Shown here: positions 55,648 to 64,000 of the stretch, piece after piece
Layout: each line of letters opens with the position of its first letter
Numbering within the stretch: position 1 is the first letter of the stretch
Assembly: GCA_036336885.1 (NCBI GenBank)
Contig: JAYZFG010000002.1
Span: 200-64,199, forward strand
Length of the DNA: 64,000 nucleotides
Direction: 5' to 3'
DNA from: Pseudomonadota bacterium
Lineage (GTDB): Bacteria; Pseudomonadota; Alphaproteobacteria; MPNO01; UBA2964
Translations under genes and position numbers: made by a program
The notes under the pieces: model-generated
What the model was told of the DNA's origin: nothing
The model's input: the letters and a program-made list of their open reading frames with translations, nothing else
Databases searched by the model: none

Positions 55648-56135
55648 TGGCTACCGTGCAAACGCCAGAATTTTGGGTAGCAATCGGCTTCCTTCTGCTA
55701 ATAGGACTCGTTGCAAAACCAGCATGGACTGTAATAACCAATACCTTGGATGCTCGCTCAAAAAAAATCGAAGAGAACCTGAATGCGGCGGCAAGTTTAC
55801 GTGAAGAGGTCCAGCACCTGCTCGCTGATTACCAGCGAAGGCAACGCGATGCGACACGAGAGGTAGATGAAATGCTCTCAAATGCATCGAATGAAGCCGA
55901 GCTTTTATTGAAAGAAGAGTTCGAAAAATTAGCGGAGTCGCTAAAGCGACGCGAAGAACTGGCAATGGATAAGATTTCTCAAGCTCAAGCCGATGCGATT
56001 CAAACGGTACGTAACAGAGCGATAGAAATTTCTATTCTAGCAACACAACAGATACTTACCGAGCAACTTGATAAAGATGTAGCAACTAAATTGATTGACA
56101 AATCAATCCAGGAACTTCCAGATAATTTGCACTAA
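55647..56135 (+). CDS. atpF: F0F1 ATP synthase subunit b
   Basis: One N-terminal TM helix followed by a long charged helix. The start overlaps the b' stop (TAATG). Confidence 0.85.
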   Translation: MATVQTPEFWVAIGFLLLIGLVAKPAWTVITNTLDARSKKIEENLNAAASLREEVQHLLADYQRRQRDATREVDEMLSNASNEAELLLKEEFEKLAESLKRREELAMDKISQAQADAIQTVRNRAIEISILATQQILTEQLDKDVATKLIDKSIQELPDNLH

Positions 56136-56160
56136 TCTAACACAGAATTGTAAATCAAAT

Positions 56161-56751
56161 TTACCTCCGCAGAAGACGGTGGGTATGGGTACGATTGTAG
56201 TCCAATTGCTTTGGCGTTAGTTGGATTCCTAAATAGATTGAATTTTCATGTACCCTATAATTTTTAGCAATAGGGACCTTAATTAGGATCTGATCAAACA
56301 ATTTAACCCGCGTTTTATTACCCTTAAATTTAACATTAATAGGAAAAATTCTTTTCCCACTTGCGGAAGGATAAAATTTCGGTATAGCCACAAAATATCG
56401 AAATTTAACAGACCGGGTCTGATTAGCGGGGCCACGACTAATATCAAAGACTACGTCAAGGGAAATTCGTGCCTCCGTGCGCTTTTTGTTAAATTCACAC
56501 TCTCCTTTGAAACTTTCGATCGAAACATTAGCTAAAATATCGGTAATATCGCCAATTTTTCCCGCCTTAAACACGGTCATATTATTAACATTTTGTACCA
56601 AAATTACTTTAGGACAAGAAACAACTAAGGTTTTATTTTTAGAAAAAGACCCGCAAGCCGAAAGAATAATAATTATTCCGAAGACTAAACCAAACCGGGC
56701 ACACCTGATGGTGTCCTTAAAACCTTTAAACCTGAGGAAAAACAAATACAC
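56161..56751 (-). CDS. Hypothetical lipoprotein
   Basis: Lipobox IILSAC after a hydrophobic stretch. No recognisable domain. Confidence 0.5.
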   Translation of the reverse strand: MYLFFLRFKGFKDTIRCARFGLVFGIIIILSACGSFSKNKTLVVSCPKVILVQNVNNMTVFKAGKIGDITDILANVSIESFKGECEFNKKRTEARISLDVVFDISRGPANQTRSVKFRYFVAIPKFYPSASGKRIFPINVKFKGNKTRVKLFDQILIKVPIAKNYRVHENSIYLGIQLTPKQLDYNRTHTHRLLRR

Positions 56752-56760
56752 TTAAAATAA

Positions 56761-57042
56761 TCAAGTTTTGAGATCATTATGAGAGCCATCGCAAGTAGGA
56801 GCATTTGCGGTCTGTTTACACCCACAGAACCATACAGTTTGGGTTCTTTTAGCAACAAATTGAGTTGGTGAAATGCCTTTACCTTTATGGGACCCATCAC
56901 AGAAAGGCTGTGCTTGGCTTTCACCGCATGCACACCACCAATATTCCGTTCCCTCTATTACATCGATACCGATAGGTTCATTCTGGGCAATAACTGGTTT
57001 CGTCATGTCAATTCCTTTCCAAACTGAATAATTTTCGGGCAT
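56761..57042 (-). CDS. CDGSH-type iron-sulfur domain protein (two CDGSH motifs)
   Basis: WWCACGESQAQPFCDGSH and WFCGCKQTANAPTCDGSH. Confidence 0.82.
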   Translation of the reverse strand: MPENYSVWKGIDMTKPVIAQNEPIGIDVIEGTEYWWCACGESQAQPFCDGSHKGKGISPTQFVAKRTQTVWFCGCKQTANAPTCDGSHNDLKT

Positions 57043-57148
57043 TCCTCTTGGCCCAAATCTATACGGTCAGAGTCTACTGGAGGTGTTGAGTTTTCTCAAC
57101 CAAGCAACATATTATGGAAAATGTTAAGTAAAAAGGTCTGGCAGTAAC

Positions 57149-58096
57149 ATGTCTAAACGGAATTTAAGTCTTCATCTTGCAAGCCCGCGCGGGTTTTGTG
57201 CTGGGGTCGATAGAGCAATTGCAATTGTCGAAAAGTCACTAGAAAAATTCGGTAAACCAGTCTATGTCCGCCATGAGATTGTCCACAATAAATTTGTAGT
57301 GGAAAAGCTAAAGGATAAAGGAGCCATATTTGTCGAAGAACTTGATGAAGTCCCAAACGATGCTCCAGTAATCTTTTCTGCCCATGGCGTTCCAAAATCA
57401 GTGCCCGAGGCCGCTGATAGACGTGGTCTAATTCATATTGATGCAACTTGTCCATTAGTTACAAAAGTGCACGTAGATGCCAAACGTCAAAATAGAGAGG
57501 GCCGAACTGTACTTTTAATTGGGCATTCCGGTCATCCTGAGGTCATCGGTACTTTAGGACAATTACCACAAGGCGAAATGATATTAATTGAAAATTTAGA
57601 ACAAGCAACGTCTGTAAAGGTTAAGAACCCAAATAACCTCTCGTATGTAACCCAAACAACACTGTCTGTGGACGACACAGCAGAAATAATTAATGTGCTG
57701 GAAAATCGTTTTCCAGAAATTCAATCTCCGCGCAAAGAAGATATCTGTTATGCTACAACTAACCGACAATTTGCTGTAAAAACTCTCACAAGAACTTGTG
57801 ATGCTATTATTGTAATTGGCGCACCCAATTCATCAAACTCAAACCGATTAAGAGAAGTTTCAAAATCTGCAGGCTGCACAAAATCAATTCTTATAGGTCA
57901 AGCAGACGAGCTTGATATTAATTGGTTGAACGGAGTAGATACAGTTGGAATTACAGCCGGCGCCTCAGCTCCAGAAATTTTAGTACAGGAATTAATCTCA
58001 ATCCTAAAAGAAAAATTTAATGTTGAGATTCAGGATGTCGTTGTGACATCGGAAGACATCAATTTCAGCTTGCCCAGTGCTCTCATGGAGTGCTAA
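57149..58096 (+). CDS. ispH: 4-hydroxy-3-methylbut-2-enyl diphosphate reductase
   Basis: [14 protein letters not shown]...VRHEIVHN...TCPLVTKVH...ICYATTNRQ. Confidence 0.93.
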   Translation: MSKRNLSLHLASPRGFCAGVDRAIAIVEKSLEKFGKPVYVRHEIVHNKFVVEKLKDKGAIFVEELDEVPNDAPVIFSAHGVPKSVPEAADRRGLIHIDATCPLVTKVHVDAKRQNREGRTVLLIGHSGHPEVIGTLGQLPQGEMILIENLEQATSVKVKNPNNLSYVTQTTLSVDDTAEIINVLENRFPEIQSPRKEDICYATTNRQFAVKTLTRTCDAIIVIGAPNSSNSNRLREVSKSAGCTKSILIGQADELDINWLNGVDTVGITAGASAPEILVQELISILKEKFNVEIQDVVVTSEDINFSLPSALMEC

Positions 58097-58120
58097 CAAA
58101 AATCTTTTTAGAATAAACGC

Positions 58121-59071
58121 ATGGCGGTTTACACAAAAATACCAGATGAGGCCTTAGAGGTCTTTATCGAAGAATATGATATAGGAAAGATTCAATTTTT
58201 TAAGGGAATTGAAGAAGGGGTAGAAAATTCTAACTTTCTCTTAAAAACAGACCAAGGTACCTACATCTTAACTATCTATGAAAAAAGGGTAGAAATAAAT
58301 GATCTACCCTTTTTTCTGGGTCTAATGGACCACCTCGCCTCTAAAAATTTTCCGTGTCCCACACCGCTACATGGCCGTGACGGTGAGGCGTTGCGGAAAT
58401 TATGTGATAAACCCGCAGCTTTAATTTCATTCATGACCGGTTTAGGTGCCCGTCGCATCACTTCTAATCATTGTCTAGCTGTAGGCAACGCTGCAGCTAA
58501 ATTGCACATGGCTGCCAAAGACTTCGATTTGAGTCGGAAAAATAGCCTTGATATACCAGCTTGGCGGAAAATTTTCGAACTTACAAAGGCCCGTGCCGGG
58601 GAAATCGACGATAGAATTGTAATAGAAATAGAGAAAGAACTAGAAGTTTTAGATCAAAACTGGCCAGAGAATTTACCTTCAGGGATTATTCATGCGGACT
58701 TATTCCCTGATAATGTATTTTTTAAAGGGAAAAAATTAAGCGGCATTATCGACTTTTATTTTGCGTGTAACGGCTTCTTAGCCTACGAAATTGCTACCTG
58801 TATCAACGCATGGTGTTTCGAGAGGGACGGGAGTTTTAATTCTAATAAGGCATCTAGTCTCATAGAAGGCTATAACTCTGTGCGGCCTTTAGAAAAAATT
58901 GAGATAGACTTTCTACCTTTGCTTGCGCGTGGAAGTGCCCTGCGATTTTTACTCACAAGGCTGTACGATTTACTAAACCACCCTGAAGGTGCGCTCGTTA
59001 ATCCAAAAGATCCATTAGAATATTTAGAACGACTTCGATTCCATAAAAGTTATAATGGAAATTATGCTTAG
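58121..59071 (+). CDS. thrB: Homoserine kinase, type II (APH-fold ThrB)
   Basis: MAVYTKIPDEALEVFIEEYDIG...GVENSNFLL...IIHADLFPDNVFF. Confidence 0.88.
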   Translation: MAVYTKIPDEALEVFIEEYDIGKIQFFKGIEEGVENSNFLLKTDQGTYILTIYEKRVEINDLPFFLGLMDHLASKNFPCPTPLHGRDGEALRKLCDKPAALISFMTGLGARRITSNHCLAVGNAAAKLHMAAKDFDLSRKNSLDIPAWRKIFELTKARAGEIDDRIVIEIEKELEVLDQNWPENLPSGIIHADLFPDNVFFKGKKLSGIIDFYFACNGFLAYEIATCINAWCFERDGSFNSNKASSLIEGYNSVRPLEKIEIDFLPLLARGSALRFLLTRLYDLLNHPEGALVNPKDPLEYLERLRFHKSYNGNYA

Positions 59072-59099
59072 ATTATAGAATTCTTATGGAATTTTAATT

Positions 59100-59570
59100 A
59101 TGGGTCAACTCAGTTCAAACAAAAATATAATTTCATCAGTTGAAATTTTTACTGATGGTGCATGTAGCGGAAACCCAGGCCCTGGTGGCTGGGGGGCAAT
59201 CTTACGCTGGCAAAATAAAGAGAGAGAAATCTGGGGGGGCGAAGCAAATACCACGAATAATAGAATGGAGCTATTAGCTGCCATCAAGGCTTTGGAGACA
59301 TTGAAACGACCAGTAAAAGTGTTTGTATATACTGATAGTATCTACGTGAAAGACGGCATAACTAAATGGATCAACGGTTGGAAGAGCCGAAATTGGAAAA
59401 CGGCATCCAAAAAGCCTGTCAAAAACATCGACCTCTGGAAAATTTTGGATGATCTAACAAGTAAACACGATATAACCTGGCACTGGGTAAAAGGACACGC
59501 TGGACACGCTTACAATGAAAGAGCTGATGAATTAGCACGTCGGGGTAGTCGGGATTTTCATGACGTATAA
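59100..59570 (+). CDS. rnhA: Ribonuclease HI
   Basis: [22 protein letters not shown]...TNNRMEL...TDSIYV...[20 protein letters not shown]. Confidence 0.92.
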   Translation: MGQLSSNKNIISSVEIFTDGACSGNPGPGGWGAILRWQNKEREIWGGEANTTNNRMELLAAIKALETLKRPVKVFVYTDSIYVKDGITKWINGWKSRNWKTASKKPVKNIDLWKILDDLTSKHDITWHWVKGHAGHAYNERADELARRGSRDFHDV

Positions 59571-60033
59571 CATTAATACCGATGGACCCGAAGTGATAAC
59601 TTTTCCAAGTGTCATATTTGCAACGTTTCTAATTGTCGGTCTAGTAACAGACAGAGCGTTAATGCATACCCTAGGGTTCTATGGTTATCCCCATCCGCTA
59701 GGTTGGAGCTTTATAATATTGGGTATTCTTCTTTTTTTTTGGTCTTCTGCACATTTTATTAAAGCAAAAACCTTTATAGATATAAGAAAACCGGCAACAA
59801 AATTAATTACACAGGGGCCCTATAAAATTTCACGTAACCCGATGTATCTCTCCAATACGCTAATTTATCTAGGTATTTCAATTGTATTTGGTCAGACGGT
59901 AACGTTAGTTTGTATACTGCCATGTCTGTTTGTGCTGCACTATTATGCGATAGTTAAAGAAGAACAGTACCTAGAATTAAAGTTTGGAAACATCTATCTA
60001 TCTTATCGCCAAAGAGTACGTCGATGGGTCTAG
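59560..60033 (+). CDS. ICMT/PEMT-like membrane methyltransferase family protein
   Basis: 157 aa with four hydrophobic segments and [18 protein letters not shown]. Overlaps the rnhA 3' end by 11 nt. Confidence 0.68.
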   Translation: MTYNINTDGPEVITFPSVIFATFLIVGLVTDRALMHTLGFYGYPHPLGWSFIILGILLFFWSSAHFIKAKTFIDIRKPATKLITQGPYKISRNPMYLSNTLIYLGISIVFGQTVTLVCILPCLFVLHYYAIVKEEQYLELKFGNIYLSYRQRVRRWV

Positions 60034-60056
60034 AGATTTACTTTCCCCACCTGACG

Positions 60057-62186
60057 TCAGTCCCCTTTTGCTTTTTTTAATGCCGATAATACTGAACTTT
60101 TACTTAGTAACTCTGGTAGAATAATGCCTTGGGGAGCCTCTGGTCCGAATACGATATTAAATGGAATTCCGTACCGCAAAAATCTTTGTAAAAACGATGA
60201 GATAATTGGATCGGCATTTGTCCAATCAGCTCTCATCGCGACCACTTCATTTCGATTTAAGTAACGACGAATTTGGTTCGAATCTAAAACCAAGACTTTA
60301 TTGGCCTTACAGGTCAAACACCAATCGGCCGTGACATCTACAAAGACACTTTTGCCCTTAGCTACATGGCCTGTTATATTACTGGGTTTAAAAATTTGCC
60401 AATTAGAAGAAACTATAGACTGAGAATTTTTAATTTTTTCGCCAAAACTCAGGGGATTGATTATGACAAGGAGGGCTAAAACAAACGCAAAACATTTTAT
60501 AGCTTTCCTCAATTCTACTGAAACATTGTTATGAAATGCAATTAAAACAATCAAAATAATAAGAAGACTTGCGGTAAAAAAAGCGGCTTGAAAACCAAGC
60601 TGAGTATCCAAAATCGAAATCAACCAGAATAAAGTAGCGATTAAGGCTAACGCCAAAATCTTTCGAAAGATGATCATCCAATGACCAGGTTTAGGACAAA
60701 AGGACGCCAGTCTAGGCCACATTGCCACAACCAAATAGGGCAAAGCTAATCCTAGGCCGAGAAATAAAAAGATTAAATAAATTTCGAAAGATCCCCTAGC
60801 AAGTGCAAAACCGACAGCTGTTCCTAAAAAGGGTGCCGAACAAGGTGTCGCTAATAGGGTGGCAAAAGCTCCAGTAATGAAATGCCCTGCAAAACTCTGT
60901 TTTTGAACTTCTCCCGTCTTAGAATGGAATAAGAAGGATGGAAGCCGAATTTCAAAATAGCCCCATAGATTCGCCGCAAATAGTGTAATCAGTACCAACA
61001 TGCCCCCTAAGAAAATTGGCTGTTGAAATTGAAATCCCCAACCTACAGTCTTTCCAAGAGCCTTTAATGCAAGCACACCTGAACCCAATAGGAAAAACGA
61101 AAATATGATCCCGGCAGCTGATGCCAGAAAGCCTCTGCGTATAGCGGGTGCTTCATCATCGCTATACCTGATGACAGAAAACAACTTTAAAGAAAGGACA
61201 GGTAAAACACAGGGCATTAGGTTTAGGATAAGCCCTCCCAATACAGCTAAGGCCACGATCCGAAAAATAGACCAATAGGGGTCATCTTGTGGTTTTTGAT
61301 CTAGCACATTTCCATTTAGTCTTAACTTTTGTTCAACGGCACCATTAATATCCCCCAGTAATGTCAGTGTTATTTCCTTTCCTGATAAGTCATGAACAGT
61401 ACCGAGTTCCCTAGATTTATCGGTTAAAGAAACACGTATTTTAAATATCGCTTTGCCACTCTTATCTCTCTCTATTAGTTTAGCCTTCCCAAACCGAAAC
61501 TCACTGGGGCCCTCAACGAGAAGATCCGGCAAACCCAAAATTGTTGATTTTACGCGCAAAATTTGATCGCCAGGCGAACCATCAATGGAAACAGAAGTGT
61601 TTAAAGTATTTTTACCAATAATTTTTTTAGGAACTAAGGAACGGTACTTGCTGATTAATCGTCCCTCAAAAGAGGAGGTCTCAGGTCCTAAAGGCAAATC
61701 CAAAGAGACCTTGGCTGAATAAGGAATGCATATTTTATTACAAGTCAAATAATTAATTTTAGCTTTAGCAATTATCTTCTTGTTTGGGACCAGCGGTATT
61801 ATATTTAACGGAATTACTACTTCATTTTTATATCCCAGTGTTTCCAATCCCACTACGCTAAATCGTATAGGCACCGGCCAATTAGTATTAACCTTTGCCA
61901 AGTTTGTTGACCCTGCCCAGTCCATTTGAGGGGGATAACCTGCATCACCTGGCGATCTCCAATAAATTTTCCAGCCCGGCTTCATTCTAAAATGAATACC
62001 AAAATGAAAATCCATAGAATTTTCTACCGCATTAGTTGCTGAAATTAAGCGAACCGAGCCTTGTTCAGTTGACCACCACGGGCCAGCGGCCGCATATACT
62101 GCAATTGACATATATAAAAAACTATTCAGCACTAAGAAAATAGTAGCCAGAATCCGAAATAAAAATATTCGTCTTATTGTTTTCAA
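60057..62186 (-). CDS. DsbD/ScsB-family transmembrane thiol:disulfide reductase
   Basis: TM cysteines in NLMPCVLPV and ATPCSAPFLG, and a C-terminal thioredoxin fold with DWCLTCKANK. 709 aa. Confidence 0.85.
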   Translation of the reverse strand: MKTIRRIFLFRILATIFLVLNSFLYMSIAVYAAAGPWWSTEQGSVRLISATNAVENSMDFHFGIHFRMKPGWKIYWRSPGDAGYPPQMDWAGSTNLAKVNTNWPVPIRFSVVGLETLGYKNEVVIPLNIIPLVPNKKIIAKAKINYLTCNKICIPYSAKVSLDLPLGPETSSFEGRLISKYRSLVPKKIIGKNTLNTSVSIDGSPGDQILRVKSTILGLPDLLVEGPSEFRFGKAKLIERDKSGKAIFKIRVSLTDKSRELGTVHDLSGKEITLTLLGDINGAVEQKLRLNGNVLDQKPQDDPYWSIFRIVALAVLGGLILNLMPCVLPVLSLKLFSVIRYSDDEAPAIRRGFLASAAGIIFSFFLLGSGVLALKALGKTVGWGFQFQQPIFLGGMLVLITLFAANLWGYFEIRLPSFLFHSKTGEVQKQSFAGHFITGAFATLLATPCSAPFLGTAVGFALARGSFEIYLIFLFLGLGLALPYLVVAMWPRLASFCPKPGHWMIIFRKILALALIATLFWLISILDTQLGFQAAFFTASLLIILIVLIAFHNNVSVELRKAIKCFAFVLALLVIINPLSFGEKIKNSQSIVSSNWQIFKPSNITGHVAKGKSVFVDVTADWCLTCKANKVLVLDSNQIRRYLNRNEVVAMRADWTNADPIISSFLQRFLRYGIPFNIVFGPEAPQGIILPELLSKSSVLSALKKAKGD

Positions 62187-62225
62187 TGCAGAATCTTAAA
62201 TAATTTACCTACATGATATTACATA

Positions 62226-62265
62226 CTTATGTTTCCAAAACATAAGGATAAAATGTAGTTATCCT
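62226..62265. repeat. Two adjacent perfect inverted repeats in the dsbD-like / yqgE divergent region
   Basis: CTTATGTTT (62226-62234) / AAACATAAG (62238-62246) with a 3-nt spacer. AGGATAA (62245-62251) / TTATCCT (62259-62265) with a 7-nt spacer. Confidence 0.55.
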
Positions 62266-62310
62266 GATAAATTTCGTTATACTTTCCTAAACAAATTTGG
62301 AATTGCAACG

Positions 62311-62892
62311 ATGGAAGATCCAGATCCTAACGAAAGCGCCGACTACTTGACGGGCAATTTGTTATTGGCAATGCCACAAATGCAGGATGACCGATTTATA
62401 CGTTCGGTCGTTTATATTTGTGCTCACACTTCAGATGGTGCAATGGGTTTAGTAATTAATAAAATTGTTGATAGCGTTAGTTTTCCTGAATTACTAGATC
62501 AACTAAATATAAGTTCTGAATCACCCAACCGAGAAATTCGGGTCCATTTTGGAGGCCCTGTGGAAACAGGCCGCGGCTTTGTTCTTCATTCGGCTGATTA
62601 TGTTCAGGATGCTACGCTAGTTATAAATGAATATGTTGGCTTAACAGCAACGATTGACATCTTAAAATCTATAGCCGACGGGAAAGGCCCGGAAAAAAGC
62701 ATTCTAGCGCTCGGTTATGCTGGCTGGGCGCCCGGTCAACTCGATCAAGAAATTCGGTCTAATGGTTGGCTCAGTCTCCCCGCAGACAATCAATTGGTAT
62801 TCGACAATAAACCCGAAAAGATATGGGAAAGCGCTATGGGAAAAATTGGCATAGATTTCAATATGTTGTCTGGTCAGGCCGGACACGCTTAA
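62311..62892 (+). CDS. yqgE: YqgE/AlgH family (UPF0301) protein
   Basis: LTGNLLLAMPQMQDDRFIRSVVYICAHTSDGAMGLVINK...GGPVETGRGFVLH...GYAGWAPGQL. Confidence 0.88.
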   Translation: MEDPDPNESADYLTGNLLLAMPQMQDDRFIRSVVYICAHTSDGAMGLVINKIVDSVSFPELLDQLNISSESPNREIRVHFGGPVETGRGFVLHSADYVQDATLVINEYVGLTATIDILKSIADGKGPEKSILALGYAGWAPGQLDQEIRSNGWLSLPADNQLVFDNKPEKIWESAMGKIGIDFNMLSGQAGHA

Positions 62893-62899
62893 AAAAATG

Positions 62900-64000
62900 T
62901 TAGGCCGCTTTCAATCTCTTTTCTATATCATGATAAGGTAGGAGGTGTTGGACTGGGCCAATTGCAGCAACCGTCGGGCTACTAGATAATAAACGTTTGA
63001 TCGCGCGTTCTATATCAGTACAAGTCAAGGCATCAACTTTTGTTAAAATTTCCTCAATAGAAATACTTCGGCCAAACAAGGCCACCTGGCGTGCAATCTG
63101 CTCCGCTCGGGCAGCCGTACTTTCTAAAGACATAACAATACCTGTCCTAATTTGTGCTCGGGCGCACTCTAACTCCCTTTCACGTATGGTTTCGGATGAT
63201 TTAAGCAACTCATCACATAGATGAGGAATTAATTCTAATAAGCCACTTTCATTAGTTCCAGCATATATTCCAAACAAACCAACATCGCTATACGCAGAAT
63301 TAAATCCATAAATTGAATATACTAAACCGCGTTTCTCCCTAATTTCCTGGAATAAACGAGAGGACATACCTCCGCCGAGAACCGAAGCTGCAACCGATAT
63401 GGCGTGATAGTCAGGGTCATGAACCCCAACGGAGTTAAAACCAATCACTAAATGGGCTTGTTCTAGTTCTCTAATTTTCCTGTAATCACCCCCTTCATAT
63501 ACCGCGGCGACAGGATGATCAGCGTTTGCATTCCTAATGTGAGAAAAATAAGATTCAACTGCCGAAACTATAGCAGCATGTTCCAAATTTCCAGCCGCAG
63601 AAAATATCATCCTTGATGGAACATAATATTTTTTCATAAAGTTCAAAAGCGTATCTCGAGTTATATTTTTTATATTTTTTTTTGGGCCGAGGACGGAGCG
63701 GCCCAAGGGTTGATTAGGAAAAGCTGTACTTTGAAAATAATCAAATATGATTTCGTCTGGCGTATCTGACGCTTGGCCAATTTCTTGCAATACGACTGTT
63801 TTCTCCCGCTCAAGCTCCTCTTGGTCGAAAAGAGAATCGTGCAAAATGTCACTTATAATATCAATCGCTAAAGTAACATTATCTTTAAGAATAGTCGAAT
63901 GAAACGCCGTAACTTCTCTGGATGTAAAGGCATTCAAGTAACCGCCAACTGTTTCTATCTCCTCTGCAATATCCTTTGCCGAGCGCTTCTTCGTACCTTT
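62900..64000 (-). CDS. M16 (pitrilysin) family zinc peptidase, N-terminus outside window
   Basis: The frame stays open upstream of the track start to the window edge (…KGTKKRSAKDIAEEIETVGGYLNAFTSRE…). M16 middle and C-terminal domains follow. Confidence 0.85.
   Translation of the reverse strand, partial: KGTKKRSAKDIAEEIETVGGYLNAFTSREVTAFHSTILKDNVTLAIDIISDILHDSLFDQEELEREKTVVLQEIGQASDTPDEIIFDYFQSTAFPNQPLGRSVLGPKKNIKNITRDTLLNFMKKYYVPSRMIFSAAGNLEHAAIVSAVESYFSHIRNANADHPVAAVYEGGDYRKIRELEQAHLVIGFNSVGVHDPDYHAISVAASVLGGGMSSRLFQEIREKRGLVYSIYGFNSAYSDVGLFGIYAGTNESGLLELIPHLCDELLKSSETIRERELECARAQIRTGIVMSLESTAARAEQIARQVALFGRSISIEEILTKVDALTCTDIERAIKRLLSSSPTVAAIGPVQHLLPYHDIEKRLKAA

Overview
Dense (about 94% coding by my tally of the ORF coordinates), moderately AT-rich bacterial chromosome segment with clear alphaproteobacterial hallmarks: rnhB-ccrM-mutY-DUF721/DciA-dsbA-smc synteny, a split F0 operon atpI-B-E-F'-F, type II ThrB and an ETF-QO/UDG divergent pair. 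A tRNA-Gln(UUG) at 33005-33078 splits the window into two halves. The right half (33-64 kb) is conserved housekeeping: ispE, ETF-QO, UDG, Slt, moaB, rnhB, ccrM, mutY, smc, the ATP synthase F0 genes, ispH, thrB, rnhA, a DsbD-like protein and an M16 peptidase. The left half (1-33 kb) is mostly accessory transport and oxidative catabolism. It holds a CoxL-type hydroxylase fragment, an alpha/beta hydrolase, an LLM oxidoreductase, a Rieske oxygenase coupled to a glutamine-synthetase-like ligase, a DctQMP TRAP system, two GMC oxidoreductases, an ASST-like propeller, lactonase-type hydrolases, a tandem-SDR fusion, a TAXI-TRAP system, a divergent UbiD decarboxylase, three paralogous MFS permeases, a TauD/HIBADH/VOC/RidA operon and an orphan ATCase. 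dinB and a DUF1134 gene are interspersed. I see no CRISPR array, IS element, integrase, phage gene or recognisable defence or toxin-antitoxin module, and no classical transcription factor gene. The best candidates for uncharacterised biology are these: (i) a GMC-UbiD-TAXI-TRAP unit without UbiX; (ii) a translationally coupled Rieske/GS-like pair with no redox partner; (iii) a block in which three MFS paralogues bracket a TauD operon and an ATCase; (iv) a 564-aa protein made of two complete SDR domains; (v) a DUF2064/GT2 transferase pair next to a PA0069-type radical SAM gene; (vi) a cluster of three GANTC sites on the ccrM start; (vii) a TusA-family gene abutting tRNA-Gln. None of these can be shown to be new from sequence alone. 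All functional calls rest on motif recognition by eye, without database searches.
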